A DNA stretch of 64,000 bases from an uncultured Verrucomicrobiae bacterium (GCA_963762565.1 CAVXLD010000005.1:1-64000); one strand, 5' to 3'; positions 38,794 through 50,873 are shown, counted from the stretch's first letter. Notes: generated from the letters alone by a model not told the origin. A program made the numbers and translations.

Positions 38794-40135
38794 ATGAGCC
38801 TGTTAAAAACCTTTTCGCCCCGGCTTTCTCCCGATTTTCAGGGGACTCCTGGCCAAGCGGAAGCTTGGCACAGTGCTGTGAATGCCTGGTTCCAGTCATC
38901 AATCGCACTTCAGAGGTCGTCCGTGAAATCGCGGAACTCAAGGTCTCGGGGAGTTGTGCAATTCTACAACCCTGCAAAATTTGACCCAGGTGGCCCAGCT
39001 GCGGAACAAGCAATTGTCTGGAACGCCTTCCCTAAAGAACTCGATAAGCAATACGGATTCGATCGTGCTTTGATTGAAGCGGATCGGCTACAGACTCTGA
39101 ATCGCTATTCCAAGGACCTGAATGCAGCAGTTCATTTCAGAACTTTGTATCGGCCACTTAATGAATATTGCGAATGGCATACCGTTCGCGATCCTAATAC
39201 TCAGAAGATAACAAAGGTTACGTTCTCCTCTGAACCTCCCGAATATTGGCGAGCACTATTCGGCGATGAAATAACGATCGACAGAAGGATGAGCATTAGG
39301 TTTCCAGGCGACCGCCAGCGGGTTCTAGCGCTCTACCGTGAATTGGTGAGTCCGGAGGTGCAAATGGACGATCTAATCTGCAAGGAGACGATACCGAATG
39401 CTGCTGGTCTTCCGCCGCTTGCCGTAAAAGGCGGTTACAATACCTATAATAAATGGAACACCTCGCATGGAACGTTCACTGTGATATCCCCGAAATTCCC
39501 TGGCACAGGAGATTGAGCTTGGAGCTGCCGCTACTGTCCTCCGAGCGACTGCTTCAGGCGGAGCTATCGTACAGCCTGAGCCGCTAACCTGCTGCAGCCT
39601 CGCTGGGAACCCAGATCGCAATAGCGATCCGACAATCAGTTCTTCCCTGAACGCTCTGGCGCGGGCTGGGGCTTCACTTTGCAGAATCCCGTCGGCCTAT
39701 ACCTGGACCACATCGATATTTTTGGATGGTGCGGACCGGAGTCGCGACGTTAGTGATTGTATAAGGATTGTTCGTGGCGCACCTGGGATGATTGAGCGCC
39801 TTATAATACAAGTACCGTCTGAACGTGGTTTCCTGGTGGGCAACATTACGATAGGTGGCGCCCCAATCGTTTATGGGGGACAGATTGCTGCCTGCATAAC
39901 CATGAAACTCATCGGTACAGCAGCTTGTCTCGGTACGATCTACAATGCCCCTGTCAGATGCGCTGGTCGCTGCTGCGTAGACCTAGCCAACCCGGTTCTC
40001 CTGAACCGGCGGGTCCCGTTCGGTTCTCCGACGCCCATCGGGATGGTCGACGCGTTTTTTGGCGAAATTTCTCGTCGAGTCGATCCGTCGAGAAAACACT
40101 ATAAGAATCGACAGTCGTTCCGACGCACCCGTTAG
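38794..40135 (+). pseudogene. Uncharacterised EYCEW/RNSDP-motif protein, split by at least 3 frameshifts (decay or sequencing error)
   Basis: Joined frames read ...NEYCEWH...KVTFSSEPPEYW...YNKWNT / NSLAQEIELGAAATV...TCC...GNPDRNSDPTI...NALARAG / TLQNPVGLYLD / RIVRG...IVYGGQIA. Confidence 0.7.
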
Positions 40136-40211
40136 ACTCTCAACTATAACGAAACTTCATGAGACGGAAGAGAAACCACGAAAGTCACGCACCAATCAAC
40201 CGGTGCTCTCG

Positions 40212-41784
40212 ATGGACGACATCCAAGGCGAAGTTGTACCTGGCTTTTTCAAACCTCATCAGACGCTGTTGGGACTTCACATCCCAGATCGGATAACCGC
40301 CCTGCGGAGGTTTAAGAGAATAGTCAAAGATCTTCCGCAGAAATCACTACCGCAAGGCAAACACTCGACGATCGGCGCGCGCACCGCGAGTTTCGTCGAA
40401 GGACGAAATCTGGCGCATCCGAGGCTGAGCAAGCAGGGGTCCTTCCGCCATAGGATTTTCTTACCGCGGTCTGATTCGCTTGACACCAAGCGCCAGTCTG
40501 ATCACTAGCGAACCATTTCGATTGGGACTTGTGGCTCGCTCGACACTCTTGGGCGACCCGATTGATGCCTCCGAAGAGGGTGCTCCCTGGAATTGGGTCG
40601 TAGGTGCTCCGGGCGCTGAACTCGATGCTCTCGTGATCGTTGCCGGCAACCAGCGAAATTGGGTCACCAAGAGAGCCAGGGAATTAGCCGAGCGGTTAAT
40701 GAAGGGCGGCGTCACTGTCGCCTATGACGAAGACGGTGATGTTCGGACTGGCGAGGGGCGCGGGCGAGAGCACTTCGGCTTCAAAGACGGTATTTCACAA
40801 CCGGGTATCCGAGGGCGGGCGTCGGATAGTCCAAACGACTTTATTACCGAGCGTTATATCGCTTCAAGCGAAGTGCCTGAGCGTTGGTTGTACGGCTATC
40901 CTGGTCAGGATCTGGTTTGGCCTGGCGAATTTGTAATTGGATACCCAAAGACCGGCCCTGATCCGTTGGTTCCCGCCCCTCCTGACCCAATTGAACCGGA
41001 ATGGACGCGGAACGGTTCTTTTCTAGTCTTTCGTAGGCTTCGCCAGGACGTAGGCCTTTTCTGGCGCAGCATGCGTGCAATGGCCGCCGAGCTCGCAATG
41101 TTGCCAGGATTTGTTGGCATTGAAGAACAGCGATTGGCGTCGTTATTGGTTGGACGTTGGCCGAGCGGCGCGCCTGTTAACAGAACGCCCGCCGCAGACA
41201 ATTACGAATTAGGAAATGACGCATTAGCCAACAATAATTTTCAGTTTGACTCTAATGGTCTGCTTGTGAAGCTCGCTGGTAACCGCCGCGACGGATATCC
41301 ACAAGCGAAGGCCGACCCACTCGGAGCGACTTGCCCGTGGGCAGCCCATGTTAGGAAAGTCAACACCCGTGATTCCGCGTCTGACATGGGTGGTCGCGAA
41401 AGTACTTACAATCGTCGCATCCTGCGAGTCGGGGTGCCATTTGGTAAATTCCTGGACAGTCGCAACGCGACTGCGAAACAGGATCCAAAAAAACGCAACC
41501 GCGGTTTGCTTTTCCTTTCTATACAAGCCTCGATCGAGAAGCAGTTCGAGTTTCTCGTTTCGCGATGGATAAACGATCCGTCGCGACCGAAGATGCCTGG
41601 CGGACAAGACATGCTAGTCAGTCAAAAATCAGCTGCAGAAGATGGCATTCGACGATGTTTCCTGTTGGGATCTGGATTGCAGCAGGTAAAACTCTCCACC
41701 AACCAAGAGTGGATCATCCCGACCGGAGGTGGTTACTTCTTTATGCCCTCGATAAGCGCTCTTCGTGAGGTAATCGCTAAGTGA
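40212..41784 (+). CDS. DyP-type (dye-decolorizing) heme peroxidase, N-terminus frameshifted
   Basis: DDIQG N-terminal motif in another frame; EHFGFKDGISQP, NGSFLVFRRLRQDV, AHVRKVNTR, RRILRVG, GLLF and GGGYFFMPS motifs. Confidence 0.88.
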
Positions 41785-41824
41785 GCAAACAAACACACTG
41801 GTCAAACGGGACGCCGGAGCACGA

Positions 41825-44800
41825 CTAGCTACCGGGCGATCCGACTGGATTGACATGCGCCAGACTTTGCAATGCTTGACTTATTTCATCGATCAGCATT
41901 TGTCGGTCACTACCGTCGTACAGTTCCGCCAAGTCCAAACCCGCCTGAAGAAACCTTTGGGTTTGCGTTATGTTTTCATTGCCGCCTACTTTTTCCATAG
42001 TCATGGCAGCCTTATAGAGCGCCAAAATTAGATCCCGTCGCCAAGTCGAATTGGATTTGTCTTGCTCAGCTAAATTTCGTCGGATCTGCAAGCTTTCCTC
42101 GTACACCTCGAGTGCTTGCCGAATCCTGCCTTGTGCTGCTAACCCATCGCCAAACTTTTCATAGCTCACCGATAGCTCTCGTTGCCAGTCTAGGTTAGAC
42201 TTGTCCTCGTCGGCCAGTCGCTTGGCGATCGTCAAACTTTTACCGTACGCATCCAATGCATCTTGGAGCTTGCCCTGTGCTACCAATATATCCCCAAACT
42301 TGTAGTAGCCGGCCGAGAGGTTCTGCTGCGCGATCGAGCCGGATTTATCTTGTTCAGCCAGTGCTAACCAGATTTTTAGGCTTTGCTGGTAAAGCTCGAG
42401 AGCGTCCTCCAGCTTGCCCTGTGTCTGCAGCACAGAAGCAATCTTTTCATCGTTGTTTGAGAGATCCCATTGCCAAGTTGAGTTGGATTTGTCTTGTTCA
42501 CTTAAGCGCTCGGCAATTGCCTGTGCTTGCCGGTAAAGATCCAATGCATCCTGGAGCTTGTCTTGAGCCATCAGGACGTCGCCGAGCCGCGTGGTAATCG
42601 CCGATAAGTCTCGCTGCCAACTTGAGTTGGACTTGTCTTGCTCAGCCAAGTATTTGATCATCGCTAGTCCCTGCCTGTCAGTCTTCAGCGCATCATTAGG
42701 TGTCCTTGCGCTGTCAACACATCCCCAATCTTAATAAAGCTCACCGCAAAGTCCCGTTGCCAGGCTGAATTGGATTTGTCCTGCTCGGCGAGTTTCTGGC
42801 GGATGTGCCAGCTTTGCTGGTAGAGATCCAGTGCGTCCTGGAGCTTGCCTTGCCACTCGAATACCTCACCAACACGGTCGTAACTTACGGGCGAGATCTT
42901 GCTGCCAAGCAGTGTTGGATTTGTCTTGCTCACTCAGTGTCGTCCAGATTTTCAAGCTTTGTTGGTAGTACTCCAGCGTCTCGCGAAGCTTACCTTGCCA
43001 CTTTAGCTGATCGCCAACGTTGCGGTAACACAGCGCGAGAACTTGTTGCGACTCGGAGTTAGTTTTATCTTGCTCGGTCACCAGTTTGGCAAGCGTTAGG
43101 CTCCGTCGATACTCCTGCAGCGCTTCCTGGAGTTTGCCGCGTAAAGCGAGAACATCGCCAAGGTTATTCAACATGACTGTTTGCTGCCTTAGACGCGAGG
43201 GAGTTACTAACTCCTTTGATACGTTGTCTAAATATTCCTGCGCTTTCTTGGCAACGTCGTCAGTCCATGTCTAGTCGGCCAATCGGTTTCAATTTATCGC
43301 GCAGGTCGTACAGCATGAAGTTGATAATGCGGTCGCCCTGATCACGTGCATTGTTGGCTTGCTTTTGCGAGGTCTGAGCCGCGATTCTGGCTTGTTCTGC
43401 GCGGCGGTACTGACGATAGCTAACCACTCCGAAGATGATCGCTACGATAAGCGCGGCGGTGATCCCGGCCATTACGCCATACCGGATCCGTTCCCGGATC
43501 CGGTGTTGTCGCTTCTGTTCAGCAACGCTCGCGCGGACATAATCGGCCTGTGTCTGGCTCAACGAGGGTTCGAAGTCTTTGAGTAGCTTCTCTCCTTCCG
43601 CCAACGGCAGTCCCGGTCCGAGTAAATCATCTTTCTGTTTTCCGCGGCTCAGCCAGAGCTTCAGGCTCGAATCGAGCCGATCGCGCATTCGGAGGAAATC
43701 GCGGTTCTCAGTCAGCCATTCTCTGATTCGTTGCCATTCCCTGAGCAGAGCTTCATGAGCAACACTGACATTGACCTCGCCGTGGGGATCCGTATCCGCG
43801 ATGAAAAGGCGTTTGGCGATGAAGAGATCAACGAAGCCTTTCGCGCCTGACTTCCCATCTTCGCCATCGCCGGCGACAAATTCACGGTAAGGAGCGGTTC
43901 TGCGGTTAGGCGCTTCTTCCTCGCCTTGGCCCAGGGTAACCAGGTGCCGCATCACCAGCGGAAAGGCGAGTTGTTCGTTTGGTTGCAACGTCGCAAAAAC
44001 TGTCTCCGCATATTTGGCCAGCGCTCCCTTCAATTCACCGAGGTCGCGATAATCCGACCAGCGTAATAAGCCGTCACCGCGTTCAACCTGCTTATCATAG
44101 AGCAGGGACAAAACATGTTGGAGTAGGGGCAAAGATTCCGGCGTGGTCGATGCCGCATCGCGTAGCCCTTCATCCAGTCGCTGGCCGCTTTTCTGATCGA
44201 GCTCGAATTGAAGGCCGGCAGCTTCGGCCGGCAGTCGGATCATATTGCCAATCTCATAGGCCGTGGGCGGCCGCAGATCCACCTTCCCGCTAGGTCGAGT
44301 CAATTCGGTTAACTCAGGGAATTCCTGGTAGGAAGAATAAAAGTCGCTGCGTAGGGTTGCTAAAATAAAAACCCGGCCGCTTTGACTTAACCCGGCAATC
44401 GCCGAGACATATTTTTCCTGAATCTCCGTCGAAAAACCGCTGGTGAAGAGTTCTTCCAACTGATCGATCACTAACGCCAGGCGAGCTTTGGGAAGTTCAG
44501 GTGCTTCCGTCGGGGCGTCGTGGTGAAATGACTCCCGATACCGTCGTGGATGCCGAGCTCCGCGATTTCTCCGCTTTCGCCCGCAAATACGAAGTCCGTT
44601 GCAGTTTCCATTCTCTGGCGGCGTTATCGAGCGCGTCCCGGACCCGAAGTGCAACGGCGTCGGGATGATCACGCAATTCGGCAGCTAATTCCTCGACCGC
44701 ATTGGTCGACTCCGGATTCTGCAAGCCGGGCAGGGCGGCAGAGTCGAGCAAAGCATTCGCCAGTGCATCGAAACAATCGCCGCCGCTTCCGCCGCCGCCG

Positions 44801-46753
44801 GGTCGGGTCACAGCTCGACGCCATAGCCCGATCCCTTCGATTGTGCCTGGCTGGATTAACTGTGGGAGAACTCCTGCTCGCACTAAAGAGCTTTTGCCTG
44901 AGCCGCTCCCGCCTACAATGAGCACAAACGGGCGCCAGACTTTCCTCTGCTGGTCTAAAGCTTCTAACACCTCGCCGATTGCCTTGGTTCTTCCAAAAAA
45001 GATCGGTGCGTGCTCAAAATCGAAGACGTTCAGCCCACGAAACGGACTCGTTTTCCATCGGCGTACTCTTCTTTCCGGTAGTTTGGTTCTGGCATCATGT
45101 TTGACCTGATCCGCTAACAAAATCTCGGAAATGGTTCCGGAATTGTTCCTCAAATTGTTCTAAAGTCTTGTATTGATTAAAGTCAGTCGTGCCTTTCCGC
45201 TTGTCTTCCCATTGCGCCAGAAAATCGCGCTTCGACTCCGGTTCTTGTACGCTGGACTTCGCGTTCTTGTCGCGGTTCCAACGAGACCTGCAGCATTGAT
45301 TGCTGCGATAAACTCGGAGAACTGGCAGACCATGATTTCTGCTGGCATGTTCGGCTGCCCAAGCGATTTCGTATTCCGTGCCCGAAGCCGGAACCCCACC
45401 GTCTGGCAGTCTTAACTCAGGGTGAACGGGCAGGCCTGTTTGATTCCCTAAAAGGCAAACCACTAAATCAAAGTTTCCAGGGTCCGGCAGTCGCGCGACT
45501 TCGCCTTCTGACTGTGTAGTCCCAAAATTGCACACAAAGCACGAATTTCTGATGTTCTTGGTCATCACCGCTTTTCGTTGCCGTCGTGTTCCAAAAGGGG
45601 ATCAACTTCCGTTATGCGTTGAAAATCGGAACTGGATTCGGACACCAGCAGATCGAACTCGCCGGCGATCGCTCGGACGATTCGGTTTGCCAGATTTCGT
45701 TCGCTCTGGACATCGCTACTCGAAGAGACAAAGACTCTGATTGTTTTCCTGACCAGTTGCCCCGTTTCGACAGCACTGATTACCGTTGGCAGCACCGTTG
45801 CTAGTTCAGCCGGGGTTTGAAACCTTCGCGCTGGATCTTTCCTGAGCAGAACCTCAAGCAATGCAACGACCGGTTGGGGTACGTCTCGGAGTTTCTCCAA
45901 CGGCAAGAGGGCTGTTCAAGTGCTGGTTCATCACCGCATTCGGAGCTCCTCGAAACGGCGGTTGGCCGGTCAGCATCTGCCAGAGCGTGATCCCGAGGGA
46001 ATAAAGGTCAGAACGGATATCGACATCAGTCCCCGTGAATTGTTCCGGGCTAGCGAACTCGGGCGTTCCGACGAAAGCGCCCAGAATCGATATTTCCTGA
46101 GATTCGGACTCGCTAAGCGTCTTGGCCAGCCCCAGATCGATAATGTTTACTGAGACAGCGCCATCTGCCGCCGAGCTCACCATGATATTGCTCGGTTTGA
46201 TGTCGCGATGAACCAGATTCTGTTTGTGAATTGCCTCCAATCCGGCAGCAACCTGTGCGACGATTCCCAATGCCAGCTTAGCGTCGAGACAGGTAGAACG
46301 CTTGATGAGACTCCCTAAGGTCTCCCCCTCGACAAACTCCATTGCATAGAAGTAGTGTTCCTGACTCGTCCCGAGTTGGAAAACTGAGGCAACATTTGGA
46401 TGGCGAACGCTGGCCGCTGCTCGCGCTTCCCGCAGAAATCGGGATCGAGCCTCCTCATCAGCGAGGTAACGCGGGCTGATAACCTTGAGAGCAGCGAACC
46501 GACGTAAATCGACATCAAAAGCCTTGTAGGTAATCCCCATCGCGCCGCGACCTAACTCGAATGGGGATCCATCGTCGTGCCGCAGGATCTCATAGTGCCC
46601 AAAGCGGGTTAGCGGGGCCAACGGCTCGGATGGTTCGGTGGCTGCATCGTCGGGTTGAAGTGCTCCTCGAAAAGCGCAAACCGGACAGAAGTCGTCGTGC
46701 GGAGCCAGGGTGGCGCCGCAAATCTGGCAGATTCGAACTTTTGCAGCACTCAT
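41825..46753 (-). pseudogene. Zn-ribbon Ser/Thr kinase - DUF4062-like - STAND NTPase - TM - TPR fusion, split into about 8 frames
   Basis: Kinase motifs LGRGAMG, HRDIKPSN, DLGLAK, GTPEFASPEQ; then IRVFVSSSSDV, SGTEYE, SPFRGL...FFGR, GGSGSGKSS, IDQLEELFT, VAHEALL; a TM helix; TPR repeats. Colinear with 52364-56446. Confidence 0.85.
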
Positions 46754-47520
46754 GCCCTAAGCCGGCCCTCTGACGCGATCAACGCCTCGCAAAGTGAACG
46801 AATCTCGTCGTCGATCTCATTGGGATCCGTGACCGTTTGGGCCACCGCCTCTCGTAATATCTCAGAGTAACGCTTGCGAAGACGATGGATGAGTGTCTTC
46901 ACGCCCGCGCCAGTGACCTTCAGTTTTTCGGCGACGACCTCGTAACTGAGCGCCTGGGCTGCGCCGCTTACATCAAGAAAAGGTCTCAGGGTTTCGAAAA
47001 TGTTCCCTTTTCCTTGGGCTGAATACTCTTCTTTCAGTCGTTCCATGGCCCGCCCTAAAAGCGTAAGCGCCCAATTGGCATCAAAAATTTTTTCGGGGGT
47101 CAGCGAGTCAGTTGGTTCTCGACTGTATCGATCCTCGCCATCACTGAAATCGACCGAGACAAACTCAATCTTTCCGCCCCGCTTAATCGCGTTCTCACGT
47201 TGATACTCGTTTGAAAGATAATTCTTTAGCGAGCCTAACAAGAAAGAGCGGAACTTGCCCTTGGTGGGCGTCGCTCGCTGGAGAGCTTTGTGATCAAAGA
47301 TAAAGAGGAAAAAGCCCTGGGTTAGATCCCTGGCATCCTCAGCGTTGTATCCGCGCCTTCTAATAAAGGCGTACAGCGGATACCAGTAAAGCTGGCAGAG
47401 TTCCTCCCGGGCATGATCGGCGCCTGGGGCCTGGCTTTGGCCCGAAAGCAGAACAGCACTCCAACAGGTGGTCATGAACTGGCCGCCTTTTCCGGCAACA
47501 GAATCGTCACTCGGTCTCAA
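46750..47520 (-). CDS. ECF sigma factor of the Ser/Thr-kinase-associated type
   Basis: FMTTCWSAVL, LCQLYWYPLYAFIRRRG, DLTQGFF, KGKFRSFLL and IHRLRKRY motifs; stop overlaps the kinase start (ATGA). Start approximate. Confidence 0.9.
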   Translation of the reverse strand: MRPSDDSVAGKGGQFMTTCWSAVLLSGQSQAPGADHAREELCQLYWYPLYAFIRRRGYNAEDARDLTQGFFLFIFDHKALQRATPTKGKFRSFLLGSLKNYLSNEYQRENAIKRGGKIEFVSVDFSDGEDRYSREPTDSLTPEKIFDANWALTLLGRAMERLKEEYSAQGKGNIFETLRPFLDVSGAAQALSYEVVAEKLKVTGAGVKTLIHRLRKRYSEILREAVAQTVTDPNEIDDEIRSLCEALIASEGRLRA

Positions 47521-47980
47521 AGTGTCTCTATTTCCCCGGGGTAGAAGTTTACCAGAAGTACAACCGTTGGGAAGGGGACATTTATCTAAAAGCCGGATTC
47601 GAGGACAGCTTGTCCGTCGTACCCCACGCTCTATGTTGCCGACCGCTCGAAGTCGGCCTCGTCCCGCGGCCGCGCGGCACGTGCCGGACCCAGCGCTGGG
47701 AGGGATCGCGTCCCCGCGATCCGTTGTTCCCGAAGCCGAGCGTGTTTTGTCAGTCGAGTGATCGGAATACGTCTGCAAGCTTGGCACGTCTTTGCGGCGC
47801 GCGAGGACGCGCGCCCTCCCGGTCAGGGGCCGGCCAACGCCTGCGCCCTTATGTTGACGCGCATGCGCGGCCGCGGGAAGGCGCGCTCCACGGAGCCGTA
47901 GCAAAATTTCTGAAACTTCGGCTCCGGAAATCTTTTGTAGCTCCTCTGAGGTCGGGAACCCGCCCGCAAAAGAATCCACT

Positions 47981-48250
47981 ATGAAAGCTAAAACCATCCA
48001 ATTACCAGCTCGGCTCAGCGGCCGTACATCACTTCCGGCGGGTACTCACCCAACGACGGCGGGACATCTCAGGCTCCTCATCGAAACCGATGACCGTCGA
48101 TCTTGGTACACGTTTTTCCGTTCATTACGAGCCGTTCTTTCCGCGGTCCTCGACAGTTCCGCCTATGACCAAATCTCGTTGGGTCGAGAGGTCTCGGTCG
48201 CGTTTACTTCACAAGGGCCGGTCGTCTATCGATCCGGTCGGAAAAGCTAG
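47981..48250 (+). CDS. Hypothetical protein
   Basis: 89-aa ORF, divergent from the ECF gene. Confidence 0.4.
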   Translation: MKAKTIQLPARLSGRTSLPAGTHPTTAGHLRLLIETDDRRSWYTFFRSLRAVLSAVLDSSAYDQISLGREVSVAFTSQGPVVYRSGRKS

Positions 48251-48759
48251 GTCGATTCTGTTTCTGCCACGCGGGAGACGAATCGGACGGGGCGATTCTC
48301 GGACAGGTCATGAACTCAAGCTGGGCGGCCCTCCGCCATCCCACTTTTCGACGCGCCGGTCTCGACCGCTATCGTCGCCCAGTGGCGCCTGAGACCGAAC
48401 TCGGCCTCGTGGCGGTTAGCCGCTAATAGCTTTGATCCATCAGTCCCATCTTTAATCCGAATTACCCAGACTGAACGCGGTTTCTGCGCGCGCCTTCAGC
48501 GCTAAACGGTTTTTATTCCTGGGTACCGAGGCCATCAGGCAGATTCCAGATTAGGCTAAAGGTCGTCTTACCAGCTGCTATCGCGCACTATTTCTCAGCG
48601 AACAACCGCGCTCCGTCGATGAAGGCACCAATCTGGCGCCCTTTCGCCCTCTCGAAGGGGTATGGACCGGTCAAGAGAGCTGTCAATGTGGTTGCAGAAA
48701 CGACAGCTGTTCTTCTCCCAAAGATATTCTCGGGTGCCAAGACCGAAATAACGTCAGCG

Positions 48760-49184
48760 TGAAACTCCGGGTCGCGAAATACTAAGTACTCCGATGAAGC
48801 CGGTGACCGGCTAAATAACAAAAACCTAAACGGAACAGAATATGTTTACTATTACCCACAATTTTATGCCGGCTCATCTGCTAGTTCGTCCGAAGCCGGA
48901 GGAAAAACCTGTAACTGAACAGAAGGAAAGCCCAGAGAGAACCGTCGAGCCGGAAACTCGGCTTTGGAAAGTGACCGCTGAGACGGTTAAGCCGAACCTA
49001 GTTAGGTCCGAGCTGCTGATCCTTTCGGTCTTCTTGGCCGTGGTCCTCTCGGCCACTGTTGTTAGTGTTCAGGAACTATCTCGCCTGATGAGATCGAATG
49101 CTATCGAGCACGTGGCGGCTAGGGCGCTGCAGGTCTCAGAGTAAAGTACGAAAATCAGGTGATTGGTGATAAGTGATTCGTGAT
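48760..49184 (+). repeat. 425-bp direct repeat, copy 1
   Basis: Matches 50449-50873 with 4 substitutions seen. Confidence 0.95.
48842..49144 (+). CDS. Hypothetical membrane protein, copy 1
   Basis: 100 aa with one TM helix; identical protein encoded at 50531. Confidence 0.65.
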   Translation: MFTITHNFMPAHLLVRPKPEEKPVTEQKESPERTVEPETRLWKVTAETVKPNLVRSELLILSVFLAVVLSATVVSVQELSRLMRSNAIEHVAARALQVSE

Positions 49185-50448
49185 GGTTCTTCCGGGTTTA
49201 GCGTGGGATTTTTGATTAGGGTAGCGTGAGAGTTTCCGCAACAGAACAGGATACGGATACGGTAATTAGCGAAGCTGCGGAAGCTACGAGCAGCATGGCG
49301 TAGGGCTTGGATTTTGGAGTTGAAGCCTTCGGTGACGCGTTAGTAATGGGATGAAGGATGTAATTGAGCAGTCGCTCAAGATGGCTACGCAACATTTTGG
49401 CCGCGACTTTGAGCTGAGGGATACGGCTGCGAATGACCGGCGGTAAAAGTTAAAAAACTCTAGGGCGGCTTCACGCTGGGGTTTTGCAAATGAGGCGAAC
49501 AGTTCTTTAGCCAGCTAGGCCGAGCTGCTTTAAGCTCACTGCGCACTAAGAACTGGAATTGTTCTTTGCGTTCTGGGCTGAGTCGCTCGGGCCGCATTAA
49601 CACCATTGCCGAGTGCTTCCCAGACGCCGATCGCCCTTTTGATCAGCGCTTGATGTTCTTTACGTCGGATCAGATCGATGGCCTGATTGAGTTCTTGACT
49701 GACGTGAAATTTATCGTAGACGATGCGCGCTGGGAGCAACCAGATGTGGGAGGCCGTTAGATAGACTTCCCACATATCCATCGCCACCGCTTCAACGCTG
49801 TCGCGTTGAGCTTGGCTCAAGCCAACCAAAGCTCCCGCGTGGCCTCATAGCTACGGCTTAAAGTCACTTCAAGACTCGGTTAGTGACCTGATCGCACAGT
49901 AGACTGCTGCAGCTTTGACCATGAGCGAACTCTTCTGGTCTAAGCGAACATAGCGTAAGGCTTCGATTTGGCGCCGTGCCAAATGTCGCTCCACGGCTCG
50001 CTCCATGATCTGTAGGGCTTGGTCCAGCAATGCGCAATAGCTGACAGCCTGTCTGCAAACAGGCGCTGGCAACAATACCCGAATCGATAAAGCTTCAAAC
50101 ATACTCGTAAAACGACTCCGATCTTCGGCCAAGGTACCGCACCATCTGAGCGACTGTTCGTAACGCACCGTGGCCCTGGCCTGACCCAGGTCTTACATTG
50201 GCAGGTATCCAAATGCCGCCACCGGCGCTCCTCGTATCCATGGATATGGGCTCTCTTACCAGCCTCCACCCATTCGACCGCCTCGCAGCTGACTTCCACC
50301 TCCACTCGTTGATGCTCCAAATCCAGCTCCACTCCAGTCACTTTCCAGGGCGCTTCACCCCCAACAATCGTTGATAGAAATCCTTCTCATTCACCTCCCA
50401 ACCTACCAAACTCCCGCTTGCCTATCCCACGCTTTTCCCCGAAGAAGC
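49185..50448 (-). mobile_element. Degenerate ISL3-family element (transposase pseudogene, start ~50394)
   Basis: Ends GGTTCTTCCGGGTTTAGCGTGGGAT and GCTTCTTCGGGGAAAAGCGTGGGAT. Fragments RRWRHLDTCQ, SRFTSMFE, AVAMDMW, IVYDKFHV, EGFNSKIQ and RGFR-like RSFANYR; many frameshifts and deletions. Confidence 0.88.
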
Positions 50449-50873
50449 TGAAACTCCGGGTCGCGAAATACTAAGTACTCCGATGAAGCCGGTGACCGGC
50501 TAAATAACAAAAACCTAAACGGAACAGAATATGTTTACTATTACCCACAACTTTATGCCGGCTCATCTGCTAGTTCGTCCGAAGCCGGAGGAAAAACCTG
50601 TAACTGAACAGAAGGAAAGCCCAGAGAGAACCGTCGAGCCGGAAACTCGGCTTTGGAAAGTGACCGCTGAGACGGTTAAGCCGAACCTAGTTAGGTCCGA
50701 GCTGCTGATCCTTTCGGTCTTCTTGGCCGTGGTCCTCTCGGCCACTGTTGTTAGTGTTCAGGAACTATCTCGCCTGATGAGATCGAATGCTATCGAGCAC
50801 GTGGCGGCTCGGGCGCTGCAGGTCTCAGAGTAAAGTACCAAAATCAGGTGATTGGTGATTAGTGATTCGTGAT
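50449..50873 (+). repeat. 425-bp direct repeat, copy 2
   Basis: See copy 1. Confidence 0.95.
50531..50833 (+). CDS. Hypothetical membrane protein, copy 2
   Basis: Identical translation to 48842-49144. Confidence 0.65.
   Translation: MFTITHNFMPAHLLVRPKPEEKPVTEQKESPERTVEPETRLWKVTAETVKPNLVRSELLILSVFLAVVLSATVVSVQELSRLMRSNAIEHVAARALQVSE

Noticed and set aside
47521..47997. Long N-terminal extension of the ECF ORF
   Set aside because: It runs through REP-like repeats and is low-complexity Arg/Gly/Ala; sigma homology starts near 47480.
48588..48830. Possible riboswitch or ncRNA upstream of the duplicated gene (GATGAAGCCGGTGACCGGCT hairpin)
   Set aside because: I could not match SAM, glycine, c-di-GMP or c-di-AMP consensus by eye; an Rfam scan is needed.
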